From the IMG/VR virus record IMGVR_UViG_3300044630_004720: 64,000 nt of DNA. One strand, 5' to 3'. This document shows positions 24,856 through 35,647 of this stretch, piece after piece; positions within the stretch are counted from its first letter, which is position 1; each line of letters opens with the position of its first letter. Source of the stretch: a virus (taxonomy: Duplodnaviria > Caudoviricetes). The position numbers were made by a program, and so were the translations under genes. The notes beneath the pieces are model-generated. The model was not told the origin of the DNA, made no database searches, and saw only the letters and a program-made list of their open reading frames with translations.

Positions 24856-26874
24856 TTACAAAATTTTTTTTGACAAAATTAAAGTTTCGTCCTTAAATTT
24901 TATCGATGTAGTTGAATTTTCTTTAATATTACCTTTTAATATCTCCTCACTTAAAAAATCTTCACATAAATTTTGTATGATTCTCTTGATAGGTCTAGCA
25001 CCATATTCTTCTTCCGAATTCAATTCAAATATTCTATTGACAACTGTCTTGTCAAAGGAAATTTTGTAATTTTTCTCCGATAACCTATTGACTAGTTTGT
25101 TCAATTCAATGTCAATAATAACTTTTATCGTATCAGAATCCAATGGATTGAACATAATGATGTCATCAATCCTATTTAGGAACTCAGGGTTAAATTGTTG
25201 CTTTAATGATTTTTGAATTATCGATTTTTTTACTTCTGATTTTTGATTTTCCTTGCTTGAGGTTGAGAATCCCATACCATCACCAAACTCAGACACTTTT
25301 TTTGCACCGACGTTTGATGTCATAATGATTAGTGTGTTTGTGAAATTAACCTTTCTACCAAATGAGTCGGTTAAATGACCTTCATCAAGAATTTGAAGTA
25401 GGATATTGAACACATCTTTGTGTGCTTTCTCAATCTCATCAAATAATATAACGGAAAATGGATTATTTTTTACTTTCTCTGTTAATTGACCACCTTCATC
25501 GTAACCTACGTACCCTGGAGGCGAACCAATTAATCTCGATACGTTGTGCTTTTCCATAAATTCACTCATATCGACACGAATTATTTTATTTGGGTCTCCG
25601 AATATCGTTTCTGCAAGAGATTTTGCTAAATAAGTTTTACCTACACCTGTTGAGCCGAGGAAAATAAAAGAACCAATCGGTTTATTATTGTCTTTAATAC
25701 CAACTCTGTTTCTTCTAATTGATTTTGATATCGTTTTAATTGCATCATCTTGTCCAATCACTTTTGACGATAGGATATTCTCTAATGTCAATAATTTTTC
25801 GGTTTCTTTCGAGTCTAATTTACTAATAGGGACACCTGTCATATCAGAAACCATATTATACACATCTTCAACACTTACAGGTGTTTTATTTTCTTTTTGA
25901 CTGACAGCCCATTTGTCTTTTTCATCCTCCAATTTTTTGAAAATTTTTCTTTCTTCATCTCTAAGCTTAGCAGCTTTTTCATAATCTTGATTTTTTACAA
26001 CCAAGATTTTTTTCTCCTTAACCTCATCAATTTTTTTCTTTAAATCCTCAATAATTTCAGGAATTTTCTTGGAAATCTTTTTATTCGAGCCAAGTTCGTC
26101 CATAATATCGATTGCCTTATCAGGAAATTGTCTATCTGTGATAAATCTCGATGATAACATTACAATTGTTTCAATTACATTGTCATCAAACGACACTTTG
26201 TGAAAATCCTCATAAGATGATTTTAAATTTTGTAATATTTCAATTGTTTCTGTTTGAGTCGGTTCTTTTAAGATGATTTTTTGAAATCTTCTCACGAGTG
26301 CACCATCTTTTTCAATGTGTTTTTTAAATTCATCAAAAGTTGTTGCTCCAATACATTGAATTTCACCTCTCGCTAAGGCCGGTTTTAAGATATTAGCTGC
26401 ATCCATAGCTCCACTCGCATTTCCTGCACCAACCATCGTGTGTAATTCATCAATGAACACAATAACATTTGTATTTTCTTGTAATTCATTTAGAATCGCT
26501 TTAATTCTTTCTTCAAATTGACCTCTATACTTCGTACCCGCAACCAAAGATGTTAAATCTAATGAAACCAATCTTTTATCTAAAAGATTGCTCGGACAAT
26601 TGCCTTTATAAATTTGTAGAGCTAATTTTTCAACCAATGCCGATTTACCAACCCCCGCGTCACCGACAATTACCACGTTGTTCTTCTTTTTCCTTGACAA
26701 TATCTGTGAAATTCTTTTAACTTCAACGTCTCTACCCACGACTGGGTCTATTTTACCTTCTTCAGCTAAACGAATCAAGTCTCTTGAAAAATTATCAAGA
26801 ATTGGTGTTGATGAATTTGGTCTTTTACTTTTTTGATTTGGTTTTGCACCGTCTTCGAAGAAATCTACCGCCAT
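24856..26874 (-). CDS. clpC: ClpC-type Hsp100 AAA+ ATPase lacking the N-terminal Clp repeat domain
   Basis: [12 protein letters not shown] (D1), UVR linker [25 protein letters not shown] (D2), ClpP-docking-like loop GMGF. Confidence 0.9.
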   Translation of the reverse strand: MAVDFFEDGAKPNQKSKRPNSSTPILDNFSRDLIRLAEEGKIDPVVGRDVEVKRISQILSRKKKNNVVIVGDAGVGKSALVEKLALQIYKGNCPSNLLDKRLVSLDLTSLVAGTKYRGQFEERIKAILNELQENTNVIVFIDELHTMVGAGNASGAMDAANILKPALARGEIQCIGATTFDEFKKHIEKDGALVRRFQKIILKEPTQTETIEILQNLKSSYEDFHKVSFDDNVIETIVMLSSRFITDRQFPDKAIDIMDELGSNKKISKKIPEIIEDLKKKIDEVKEKKILVVKNQDYEKAAKLRDEERKIFKKLEDEKDKWAVSQKENKTPVSVEDVYNMVSDMTGVPISKLDSKETEKLLTLENILSSKVIGQDDAIKTISKSIRRNRVGIKDNNKPIGSFIFLGSTGVGKTYLAKSLAETIFGDPNKIIRVDMSEFMEKHNVSRLIGSPPGYVGYDEGGQLTEKVKNNPFSVILFDEIEKAHKDVFNILLQILDEGHLTDSFGRKVNFTNTLIIMTSNVGAKKVSEFGDGMGFSTSSKENQKSEVKKSIIQKSLKQQFNPEFLNRIDDIIMFNPLDSDTIKVIIDIELNKLVNRLSEKNYKISFDKTVVNRIFELNSEEEYGARPIKRIIQNLCEDFLSEEILKGNIKENSTTSIKFKDETLILSKKIL

Positions 26875-26904
26875 ATGTGTTTAATTTATCTTTTTATCTT
26901 TCAA

Positions 26905-26936
26905 CAAACATAACAATTTTTGATTAAAAAATCAAA
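26905..26936 (-). promoter_or_regulatory. Bacteroidetes-type promoter for clpC
   Basis: TTTG-N20-TATGTTTG. Confidence 0.65.
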
Positions 26937-26940
26937 TTCG

Positions 26941-26995
26941 GGACAAAATGTCTAAAAAAATGTCTAACGAATGTCTAAATGTCAGTTTTAGACAT
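26941..26995. repeat. Operator-like array of AATGTC(T/A) repeats
   Basis: AATGTCTAA x3, AATGTCA and an inverted TAGACAT, directly upstream of the clpC -33 element. Confidence 0.55.
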
Positions 26996-27004
26996 AATAA
27001 TGTA

Positions 27005-27029
27005 AAACCCTGAAATTTCGGGGTTTTTT
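27005..27029. terminator. Hairpin terminator-like element
   Basis: aaaaccctgaaatttcggggtttttt. Confidence 0.6.
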
Positions 27030-27100
27030 ATTTGATATTTATATAGTGATTGATTTATAATCTAAAATTTCGTATATTATAGTAATCAAATTAATATATT

Positions 27101-27346
27101 ATGGCAATACTAAGTGAGAAAATCGAAGGAAAAGAAATTATGGTTGAAATCAACTCAAGTAATCTAAAGAAGGCTTCTTATAACACGGAAAGTAAACTTC
27201 TTACTGTTACATTTAATAATGGCTCTATTTATGAATATTATGAGTTCCCTTGGGACAAGTTCACAAAATTTAGAATGAGTGAATCTCAAGGTAAATTTCT
27301 TAACACAAACATAAACGGAAAATACAATTATAAAAAGGTAGTATGA
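27101..27346 (+). CDS. KTSC domain protein
   Basis: INSSNLKKASYN...LTVTFNNGSIYEY...S(E)SQGKFLN matches KTSC. Confidence 0.85.
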   Translation: MAILSEKIEGKEIMVEINSSNLKKASYNTESKLLTVTFNNGSIYEYYEFPWDKFTKFRMSESQGKFLNTNINGKYNYKKVV

Positions 27347-28110
27347 TGAATAAATCTTTGGTCGATGAGTTATTAGAAGATAGTGAGTTAGACCAAAAGA
27401 TAGTTAAATCTTTTTATTCAAAAGATACGTTGTCCTCGGATATATTTGAGGATACGGATGGTTCATATAAAATGCATAAAGGTATTAGGGATAAGTTATT
27501 AGAAATCTCTGATGCCTTTATTGATTTTATTGGGGTTGATTTTTTTATTGAGGATGTACATTTAACAGGTTCTCTGTCAAATTATAACTGGTCTGAATAT
27601 TCTGATGTCGATTTACACATATTGACAAATTTTGAAGACTTTGACAATCAAAAAATAATTAAAGAGTTTTTTGACGCCAAGAAAAACAACTGGAATCAAA
27701 ATCACGATATTAAAATTAAAGGTTACGATGTTGAGCTTTATGTTCAAGATAGTAATGAATCTCACCTATCATCAGGAGTTTATTCTTTGTTAAATGATAA
27801 ATGGATAGTTGAACCAAAAATCGGTAAACAACACATTGATGAGGACCTGATTCTTAAAAAGGGTGAGGAGTACGCTAAGATAATCGAGGACTTAGTGAAG
27901 AAATCTGAACAGGGTAAAGATGTGTCAAACGAGGTTGATGATGTTAAATCGAAGATAAAGCAATTTAGACAATCGGGTCTTGAAAGCGGTGGGGAATATT
28001 CGTATGAGAATCTAACATTCAAATTACTTCGCAGAAACGGATACATTCAAAAACTTTTAGATATCAAAAAAGGGATTACAAATAAGAAATTATCCGTGAG
28101 TGAATCGTAA
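27343..28110 (+). CDS. Pol-beta superfamily nucleotidyltransferase
   Basis: LTGSLSNYNWSEYSDVDLH (GS...DxD) and a third acidic site in YDVELYVQD. Confidence 0.8.
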   Translation: MMNKSLVDELLEDSELDQKIVKSFYSKDTLSSDIFEDTDGSYKMHKGIRDKLLEISDAFIDFIGVDFFIEDVHLTGSLSNYNWSEYSDVDLHILTNFEDFDNQKIIKEFFDAKKNNWNQNHDIKIKGYDVELYVQDSNESHLSSGVYSLLNDKWIVEPKIGKQHIDEDLILKKGEEYAKIIEDLVKKSEQGKDVSNEVDDVKSKIKQFRQSGLESGGEYSYENLTFKLLRRNGYIQKLLDIKKGITNKKLSVSES

Positions 28111-28136
28111 TCCATATATTTTTTGATATATCTATG

Positions 28137-28144
28137 TATTTATA
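28137..28144 (+). promoter_or_regulatory. Putative late promoter TATTTATA
   Basis: Recurrent motif upstream of structural genes. Confidence 0.55.
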
Positions 28145-28178
28145 GGATAAGAATAACTTCATTTAATAATATTAAAAA

Positions 28179-29534
28179 ATGGGAGATTTAAAACCGCTCG
28201 GTAGTGAGAAATTAAACGGGGATGAAAAATTAAAAAGAATCCTTGAACTCACCTACTACAAAAATGGCTCAAATAATACACAAACAACCAAAGCTGATTA
28301 TATTTCTGAATCAACAACAGGTATCTATGGTATTGTAAAAGAAAAAGACGGATACTACGTTAAGAAAGGACTCAATGAAAGTTCTTTGGATTATATCGGT
28401 GGTATGTTTATGAAAAATAAAAACAGATTTTCTTCATATGCAGAAGCTCTAAAGAGACTTTCTTTATTGAAGGGTCAGGAGGAGATATTGAATGAAGAAA
28501 CAAAATATGTTTTGAAGGTCAACAAACCTGCTTCAAGTAATGAAGCTTCGGTTCCTGCACCGGCTCCTGAAGCCGTTCCTGCACCTGCACCTGAAGCGGC
28601 ACCAGCACCTGAAGCGGCTCCGATGGACGCAATGCCACCGATGGATGCATCAGCACCTGAAATGCCAGCTGACGCGGCTGCGGAAATGCCGTTAGCATTA
28701 CTACCATCTGATGATGCTGAAATGGGTGATGAATCGGGAGATGCTCCTGAATCAGGTGAAGACAAATTAAAGTCTGTTCAAAAGTTAACTGGAAAATTAG
28801 GTCAAAAATTAAGAGATATCCAAGATGATATGGAAAGTGATGATATCAAATATATCATCAATTCAGTATTATCTGCTGTTAATTTAGATAAACTAGATTT
28901 AGAAGACAAAGAAGAAATCTTAGGTAAATTCGAAGATGAAGAAGATTTCGCAGGAGAAGATGGTTTAGATGATGAAATGGGTGGTGAAATGGGTGATGAA
29001 GAAATACCTGCAGAAGAACCACAACCAGACGCTGAATTAGGTGAGGTTGATGGTATCGATGCTTTGGAGAATTTAGTTAATATGGAATTCGAAGAAGATG
29101 ATGATATAATGATGTCTAGTCCCGAAAAAGAAATGGACACTGACTTACCTCCAATGGAATTAGAAAAAGAAAAAACAAGAAAAAACAAATTTCACGTTGA
29201 GCCAGGCGGTGAGGAAGATTTATATTACAGACAAGCGTCTTTTGATTCCGATTTTGGTGACGATGACGATGAAGATTTGTTCGGTGATAGCGGTTATGGG
29301 GACACATTCCACTTTGATTTAAAAGAAGTTGGTGATTTAGAAGATATGTACTCAGATGAAATTGACGATATTAATAGTAAAATAAAAGACCCTGAATTTT
29401 ATATGGATGATGAAGAGTCATCAGTTGAGGGTGAGAAGTCAGGTGATTCAATGGCAAAAGAAATTGATATTAATGAATTAACCGACATTATCAACAATAG
29501 TGTAAAAGAAACATTAAGAAAACACTTTGAATAA
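28179..29534 (+). CDS. Acidic putative head-associated protein
   Basis: Very acidic, PAPEA repeats, ILNEE/ISES motifs; in the head module. Confidence 0.6.
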   Translation: MGDLKPLGSEKLNGDEKLKRILELTYYKNGSNNTQTTKADYISESTTGIYGIVKEKDGYYVKKGLNESSLDYIGGMFMKNKNRFSSYAEALKRLSLLKGQEEILNEETKYVLKVNKPASSNEASVPAPAPEAVPAPAPEAAPAPEAAPMDAMPPMDASAPEMPADAAAEMPLALLPSDDAEMGDESGDAPESGEDKLKSVQKLTGKLGQKLRDIQDDMESDDIKYIINSVLSAVNLDKLDLEDKEEILGKFEDEEDFAGEDGLDDEMGGEMGDEEIPAEEPQPDAELGEVDGIDALENLVNMEFEEDDDIMMSSPEKEMDTDLPPMELEKEKTRKNKFHVEPGGEEDLYYRQASFDSDFGDDDDEDLFGDSGYGDTFHFDLKEVGDLEDMYSDEIDDINSKIKDPEFYMDDEESSVEGEKSGDSMAKEIDINELTDIINNSVKETLRKHFE

Positions 29535-29536
29535 GA

Positions 29537-29938
29537 ATGTATCTATTATATATCAATGAACTCGGAAAAGACTATAAAGGTCAGCAACAATACGAATTTA
29601 TATTCGGCGAGAATGTTGATGTATTAATGGATGAATGGTTTATAATTCCATCTTCAGGCAGAGCAATTCCACCTGAATTAGAATTTGTCGATTTAGTAGG
29701 GGTTTTAAAAAACTCAGATTTAAAATTAGATTTAGTTCAAAATTCAGATTATTTCGGAATGATTGATGCTGTAGATGGAATTATTGCTTTAGGGTGGGAA
29801 CCTTTTGATATACACGCAGAAGAAAGACCTATAAGGGTTTCTTTTCATTTCGGTGAAAACATTGAAAGTGTAACAAAAAAATTAAGAGGAAAAGAACTTC
29901 AATTAATAAATGAAGAAATTAAATTAAATTTAGAATGA
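29537..29938 (+). CDS. Hypothetical protein
   Basis: 133-aa ORF in the operon. Confidence 0.65.
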   Translation: MYLLYINELGKDYKGQQQYEFIFGENVDVLMDEWFIIPSSGRAIPPELEFVDLVGVLKNSDLKLDLVQNSDYFGMIDAVDGIIALGWEPFDIHAEERPIRVSFHFGENIESVTKKLRGKELQLINEEIKLNLE

Positions 29939-30696
29939 AACGTAACGAAATTGTTCAAAGATTAATCAAAGAAGGATTTAATCAAAATACCTTGGTTAAT
30001 ATGAGTGATAAACAAATATCAATGCTCTCCGAAAGAGTTTTAGGAGAAGCACCTAAACCTTCTATTACAGTTGGTCCTAAAAATATGGCGGCTGCTGTTG
30101 AATTAGCTAAACAAGGTGTAGATGTTAAAGTATCTGATAAAGAAGTTGTTGAGGGTAGTGGTGTTGGTCCTAAAGTAACTAAAGGACACAATGGTATTCC
30201 TGAGTTTATGGATTCAAAAAAATTAAAGAAAGATAAAGAAGACCCAAAAAAGAAAAAAACTGAAAAAAAATCTTTAAATTTGAAGAAATTAGAAGATTTG
30301 GACAAAAAAGAAATCAAGGAATGGGTTGAAACTTTGATAGAAAATAATTATCATCCATTAACAACAAAAGATGAAATTATGGAATTAGTAAAACAAAAAT
30401 TAAATGAGGGTCCCGGTCCATTAGTGGCAGACCCTGATGTTGATGTAGAACCAGATATTGATGTTGAACCAGATGTTGATTCACCTTCAGTAAATCCTGA
30501 TACGGACCCGTATGTAGACCCTTGGGATAATCCCGGAGTAGGTCCCGACCCAGACCCAAAGTTTCAATCAGATAAGGGAATGCCTGAATTTTTTAAATTC
30601 AAACAAATATTACAATCAATTAACGAAAAAAAAGATTTTAATTCTCTTTCCGAGTCGATTATGAGAAAAATTAAAAAAGTACTTAATAATGGCTAA
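29935..30696 (+). CDS. Putative head-associated protein
   Basis: LSE/LNE motifs; PDxD repeats. Confidence 0.6.
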   Translation: MKRNEIVQRLIKEGFNQNTLVNMSDKQISMLSERVLGEAPKPSITVGPKNMAAAVELAKQGVDVKVSDKEVVEGSGVGPKVTKGHNGIPEFMDSKKLKKDKEDPKKKKTEKKSLNLKKLEDLDKKEIKEWVETLIENNYHPLTTKDEIMELVKQKLNEGPGPLVADPDVDVEPDIDVEPDVDSPSVNPDTDPYVDPWDNPGVGPDPDPKFQSDKGMPEFFKFKQILQSINEKKDFNSLSESIMRKIKKVLNNG

Positions 30697-31945
30697 AAAA
30701 GAATTTAAAGAGGCGATGAATTTCGCCGATAATAGTAGACCCGACCCAAGTGTACAAAATAAACTTTCAGATAGAAAGACCCCATTTAAAAAAGTGGAGT
30801 TTCCTAAATCTGATAATGATGGTGTATATAGTAACTACGAAGAATTATTAGCGAGCGAAGAATATGAAATGGCATTAGGTAGGCTTAATGCATTCACAGG
30901 TGTTAGAGATATCGGAACGGGTATTCAAGGTAGATATTATCAATTATCAATGCAAGCCGCGCGAATTTTAGGTGAAATTAAAAACGCAGAATCTCAAAAA
31001 GAAGCAGAATTGGAACAATTGTGTGAGAGATTGGTTAGAGAACATTTTAAAATTCCTGAAAATAAATTACAATTTGATTTAAAATTAGAATCAGAAAAAA
31101 TTCAAGTTAATCAGGACCCTGAACCTACTCAAGTACAACAACAAGAAGAAGAATTGGTGGATGAATTACTTGATATGGAGAGAGCGAAAAGAAGATTGCT
31201 CAATGCGATGACTCAAGGAGCTGCAGTTGATTCTACTTGGATTTTTAGAAAAGTAATACCTGAAATACAAGCAATAACGGGTGTTAGAGATTTGGCGGAC
31301 AAATATTCTGTGTTCATTTCAACTATGATGTTAGGGTATTGGCAATTTCCTGAAGAATTATTGGAAATGTCAGTAAAAGGAAATGGACAATTAAATGAAG
31401 CGGCGGGTGCCGGTAAAACTTATATTGATACAACAACAAAACCACCAACGGTATTTGCAAGAGCCGTTATATTTCCTTTTTTAATTCACGAAGCAATTAA
31501 GGGTGTTATGGAATTTCTTTCAAAACAAAGAAACCCTGAAAATCCTGAATTAGTACAAAAAGCAATGGATTTAGAAGATAAAGTATTATATGAAATTTGG
31601 GACATTAGATTAGGTCCTGCGATTTGGAGAAGACTTTATGATTTATATCCTGAAGCGATTAAAAACGAAGAGGACAAAAGAAAATTACAAGCGTACATTT
31701 ATTCAAATGTTGCAAATTTACCAGTGAGAGATTTTTTAGTTTTAATGAAAGAGGTTATTGGTAAATCTGAAAATGGTAAAACGTTAATCGGAGCAATGTA
31801 CTATGATTTAACAAGAAAAGTAGATAGTGAAGAAGTAACAAAATCCACATCAGAATTTAAAAGAGTAATGGACGAAATATCACCCCAAGTAAGTAATGAT
31901 GAAATACGAGACTTATTGGCAGGATTGAATATCTCACTACAATAA
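30689..31945 (+). CDS. Hypothetical helical protein upstream of terminase
   Basis: 418-aa ORF overlapping the previous stop codon. Confidence 0.7.
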   Translation: MAKKEFKEAMNFADNSRPDPSVQNKLSDRKTPFKKVEFPKSDNDGVYSNYEELLASEEYEMALGRLNAFTGVRDIGTGIQGRYYQLSMQAARILGEIKNAESQKEAELEQLCERLVREHFKIPENKLQFDLKLESEKIQVNQDPEPTQVQQQEEELVDELLDMERAKRRLLNAMTQGAAVDSTWIFRKVIPEIQAITGVRDLADKYSVFISTMMLGYWQFPEELLEMSVKGNGQLNEAAGAGKTYIDTTTKPPTVFARAVIFPFLIHEAIKGVMEFLSKQRNPENPELVQKAMDLEDKVLYEIWDIRLGPAIWRRLYDLYPEAIKNEEDKRKLQAYIYSNVANLPVRDFLVLMKEVIGKSENGKTLIGAMYYDLTRKVDSEEVTKSTSEFKRVMDEISPQVSNDEIRDLLAGLNISLQ

Positions 31946-31949
31946 AGTT

Positions 31950-31977
31950 AAAGTGGTCAAGTTTGACCACTTTTTTT
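31950..31977 (+). terminator. Intrinsic terminator
   Basis: aaagtggtcaa/ttgaccacttt stem followed by a T run. Confidence 0.75.
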
Positions 31978-31989
31978 GTATTTATATAT

Positions 31990-33750
31990 ATGAGTGCTAA
32001 AATTGAACAATTAAAAGAATATGCAAGAATTATTAAAGATACACCATACGCTTTAAGAACTTATTTGCAAACGTATGATAATACTCAAAAAAAATACGTC
32101 CCTATGGACTTGTTTCCTGACCAATTACAATTGATTCAGGATTATGAAGATTACAACGAAAACATCACAAAAAAATATCGTCAAGCAGGGGTTACAACAG
32201 TAACTGCGGCTTGGTTATCTAAAAAATTACAATTAGCAAAACCAGAGAATCCCGAAAGAGTCCTAATCATTGCAAACAAAAGAGATACCGCAATTGAGAT
32301 GGCTAACAAAGTTCGTAACTTTTTAGAACAATGGCCCGAATGGTTAAATGTTGGTTTCTCACCTGATAAAAACTCTGAAAGTAGATTTAGATTAAATAAC
32401 GGATGTGAGGTAAAAGCCGTAGCAACATCTGCGGATGCGTTACGTGGTTATACACCGACGGTTCTTGTATTTGACGAAGCTGCGTATATCGAAGCAGGTG
32501 AGGACTTTTGGGCGGCTTCAATGGCATCACTATCTACGGGTGGTAAGATTATTCTTATCTCAACTCCAAATGGATATGACCCAATATATTATGGTGTTTA
32601 TGACCAATCATTACGTGGACTGAACGACTTCCATATAACCGATTTAAGATGGTTTAAAGACCCTCGTTATACAAAGGACTTAGTATGGGTAAAATGTAAT
32701 GACATATGTCATTATATGTTGAATAGGGAACAATACAATGATGATGAGGTAGTACTTCGTGAATTCGATATGAGTAACTACCGAAAAATAGAAGAGGAAG
32801 GTTATAAACCATTTTCATCTTGGTTTGAATCTATGTCTAAAAAATTCAAATACGATAGACGTAAGATTGCACAGGAATTGGAGTGTGACTTCTTAGGTTC
32901 AGGAGATGGTGTAATTCCTGGTGACATTCAAGAGAATATTGCCAAAAATATGATTAGAGTTCCATTTGAGAAGTATATGCAAGGAACTTTTTGGCATTGG
33001 AAGGAACCAGTACAAGACCATCGTTACATTATGGGTGTGGACGTGAGTAGAGGAGATAGTGAGGATTTCTCGTCCATCAATATTATTGATTTTGATGAAA
33101 GAGAGCAAGTTGCAGAATACATTGGTAAAATACCGCCAGATGATTTAGCTGCGATTGCATATAAATGGGGAGTCTTGTATAACGCATTTATAGTTGTTGA
33201 TATTACCGGTGGTATGGGGGTTGCAACATCAAGAAAATTACAGGAATTAAACTATAAAAATCTATACATTGATGGTATTAATACTCAAAACATTTGGGAG
33301 TATAATAAGAAAGCAATGGATAAAATACCCGGTTTAAATTTCAATAATAAAAGAACACAAATTGTCGCAGCTTTCGAGGAACAATTAAGGAAAGGATTTA
33401 TAGTAAGGTCATCAAGACTACTAAACGAACTTAATACTTTCGTTTATATGAATGGTAGACCTGACCATATGAAAGGTGCTCACGATGATGCGATTATGAG
33501 TATGTCTATGGCGTTATATGCTGGTGATATATGTTTCAATCAATTACAAAGAACTGATGCACAAAACAAGGCAATGTTAGATTCTTGGGTATTATCTGAA
33601 AGGACATATGAAGCAAATAAGTCGTTTTATTCATATGGAACTACTTTTGACCCGGTAGGTTCAATGTCGTTCGGTGGTAGTTCACAACAGAACACACCAA
33701 GTAAAAATTCATACAATGAATACAGTTGGTTATTCGGTAAACGTAAGTAA
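31990..33750 (+). CDS. terL: Terminase large subunit (T4 gp17-like)
   Basis: KYRQAGVT (Walker A), VLVFDEAA (Walker B), LISTPNG, nuclease GVDVSRG...HDD; probable start MSAKIE at 31990 after TATTTATA (31979-31986). Confidence 0.93.
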   Translation: MSAKIEQLKEYARIIKDTPYALRTYLQTYDNTQKKYVPMDLFPDQLQLIQDYEDYNENITKKYRQAGVTTVTAAWLSKKLQLAKPENPERVLIIANKRDTAIEMANKVRNFLEQWPEWLNVGFSPDKNSESRFRLNNGCEVKAVATSADALRGYTPTVLVFDEAAYIEAGEDFWAASMASLSTGGKIILISTPNGYDPIYYGVYDQSLRGLNDFHITDLRWFKDPRYTKDLVWVKCNDICHYMLNREQYNDDEVVLREFDMSNYRKIEEEGYKPFSSWFESMSKKFKYDRRKIAQELECDFLGSGDGVIPGDIQENIAKNMIRVPFEKYMQGTFWHWKEPVQDHRYIMGVDVSRGDSEDFSSINIIDFDEREQVAEYIGKIPPDDLAAIAYKWGVLYNAFIVVDITGGMGVATSRKLQELNYKNLYIDGINTQNIWEYNKKAMDKIPGLNFNNKRTQIVAAFEEQLRKGFIVRSSRLLNELNTFVYMNGRPDHMKGAHDDAIMSMSMALYAGDICFNQLQRTDAQNKAMLDSWVLSERTYEANKSFYSYGTTFDPVGSMSFGGSSQQNTPSKNSYNEYSWLFGKRK

Positions 33751-33795
33751 CCTCTTTATTTTTCCAATAATTAAGTGTAGATTAAATAGAAATAG

Positions 33796-33803
33796 TATTT
33801 ATA
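33796..33803 (+). promoter_or_regulatory. Putative late promoter TATTTATA
   Basis: Ends 3 nt before the portal ATG. Confidence 0.55.
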
Positions 33804-33806
33804 GAT

Positions 33807-35645
33807 ATGGCCGAGAATAATTTAACAATATTTCAAAAACTTACTAAAGTATTTGGTTTTCAGGGTAAAACAAAAGAAGAACCACCTTCCTTTACGTTTT
33901 CAAAAGATGAATTACTAAGAACTGATAGTAAAGAAGAGTACGAAAAGGCGTTGTTGCAGGCTCAACAATCGACCTACATTGCAGATAAATGGACTAAACT
34001 TGACCAATCATTATATCAACAGTCTGTTTATTATGAACCTAATAGGTTGTCAGCATATTATGATTATGAATCAATGGAGTTTACTCCTGAAATATCTGCG
34101 GCTTTAGACATTTATGCTGAAGAGTCTACAACAATGTCAGAAAAGGGTGAGATACTTACCGTATATTCTGAATCAAAAAGAATCAAAGCAATTTTAGAGG
34201 ATTTATTTAAAGAAAAATTAGACATAAATACCAACCTACAAATGTGGGCAAGAGGTATGTGTAAGTATGGTGATGATTTTGTTTATCTAAAAGTAGACCC
34301 TGAAAAAGGAGTCGTTGGGTGTCAACAATTACCGAACATCGAAATTGACAGAATTGAAGGTTCAAGTGCTTCTGGTAAAAATTTAGCACCTGTTCCCCAA
34401 GATAGTAAATTACCAACAAGAGAGTTAAGATTTAGTTGGAAGAACAAGGATATGGAATTCCAAGCTTGGGAAATAGCTCATTTTAGAATTTTAGGTGATG
34501 ATAGAAAGTTACCGTATGGTACTTCTATGTTAGATAAGATTAGAAGAATTTGGAAACAACTTTTACTTGCTGAAGACGCGATGTTAATTTATAGAACATC
34601 AAGAGCACCTGAAAGACGTGTATTTAAAGTGTTCGTTGGTAATATGGACGATAAGGATATTGAACCATACGTACAACGTGTGGCAAATAAATTTAAAAGG
34701 GACACTGTGGTTGACCAAAAAAATGGTCAAGTGGATATGAGATATAATCAAATGGCGGTAGACCAAGATTATTTCATACCTGTTCGTGACCCCGCTCAAA
34801 CTAACCCAATTGAAACATTAGCAGGTGCTGCCAATTTAGGTGAAATCGCCGATATTGAGTATATCCAAAAAAAGATGTTAGCGGCACTTCGTATTCCAAA
34901 AGCGTTTTTAGGATTTGAAGAGGTTGTTGGTGATGGTAAGAATTTAGCGTTAATGGATATTCGTTTTGCAAGAACCATTAATAGAATACAGAAATCATTA
35001 ATCCAAGAATTAAATAAAATAGCATTAATTCATTTATATCTTTTAGGTTTAGAGGACGAATTACATAATTTCAGTTTATCACTAACTAACCCATCATCTC
35101 AGTCTGATTTACTTAAGATTGAACAATGGAAAGAAAAGATTACCCTTTATAAAGACGCAACATCTGACCAATCACAACTTGGTATCTTACCTGTTTCACA
35201 TACTTGGGCTAAGAAGAATATTCTCGGATTTAGTGATAATGAAGTTATACTTGATTTACAACAACAAAGACTTGAAAGAGCTATTGGTGGTGAATTGGCG
35301 GCAACTGCAACAATCATTAAACGTTCAGGTGTATTTGATGAGGTGGATGCTAAGTATGGTATTCCTGAAGAAGAAAGAGAGAAATTGGAAGCTGCTGGTG
35401 CTGCAGGTGGAGCCGAAGCGGGAGCTGCTCCGGGAATGGATATGGGTGGTGGAGGAGCAGCCCTTGGAGCTGAAGCGGCACCTCCGGGTGGTGAAGCCGC
35501 ACCATTGAGTGAATCAAGAAAAGAGAAGATATTATCTATGTTGAGTGATAAAGATGAAAAATTGGAGGACCTATTTGACATTAATAAAGCACAACAGAAT
35601 ATTTATGAAATAGAAAATAAATTAAACAACTTACTAAACGACTAA
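33807..35645 (+). CDS. Portal protein (T4 gp20-like)
   Basis: EDAMLIYRTSRAPERRVFKVFVGNM, DYFIP, IETLAG, YIQKKMLAALRIP. Confidence 0.93.
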   Translation: MAENNLTIFQKLTKVFGFQGKTKEEPPSFTFSKDELLRTDSKEEYEKALLQAQQSTYIADKWTKLDQSLYQQSVYYEPNRLSAYYDYESMEFTPEISAALDIYAEESTTMSEKGEILTVYSESKRIKAILEDLFKEKLDINTNLQMWARGMCKYGDDFVYLKVDPEKGVVGCQQLPNIEIDRIEGSSASGKNLAPVPQDSKLPTRELRFSWKNKDMEFQAWEIAHFRILGDDRKLPYGTSMLDKIRRIWKQLLLAEDAMLIYRTSRAPERRVFKVFVGNMDDKDIEPYVQRVANKFKRDTVVDQKNGQVDMRYNQMAVDQDYFIPVRDPAQTNPIETLAGAANLGEIADIEYIQKKMLAALRIPKAFLGFEEVVGDGKNLALMDIRFARTINRIQKSLIQELNKIALIHLYLLGLEDELHNFSLSLTNPSSQSDLLKIEQWKEKITLYKDATSDQSQLGILPVSHTWAKKNILGFSDNEVILDLQQQRLERAIGGELAATATIIKRSGVFDEVDAKYGIPEEEREKLEAAGAAGGAEAGAAPGMDMGGGGAALGAEAAPPGGEAAPLSESRKEKILSMLSDKDEKLEDLFDINKAQQNIYEIENKLNNLLND

Positions 35646-35647
35646 CA

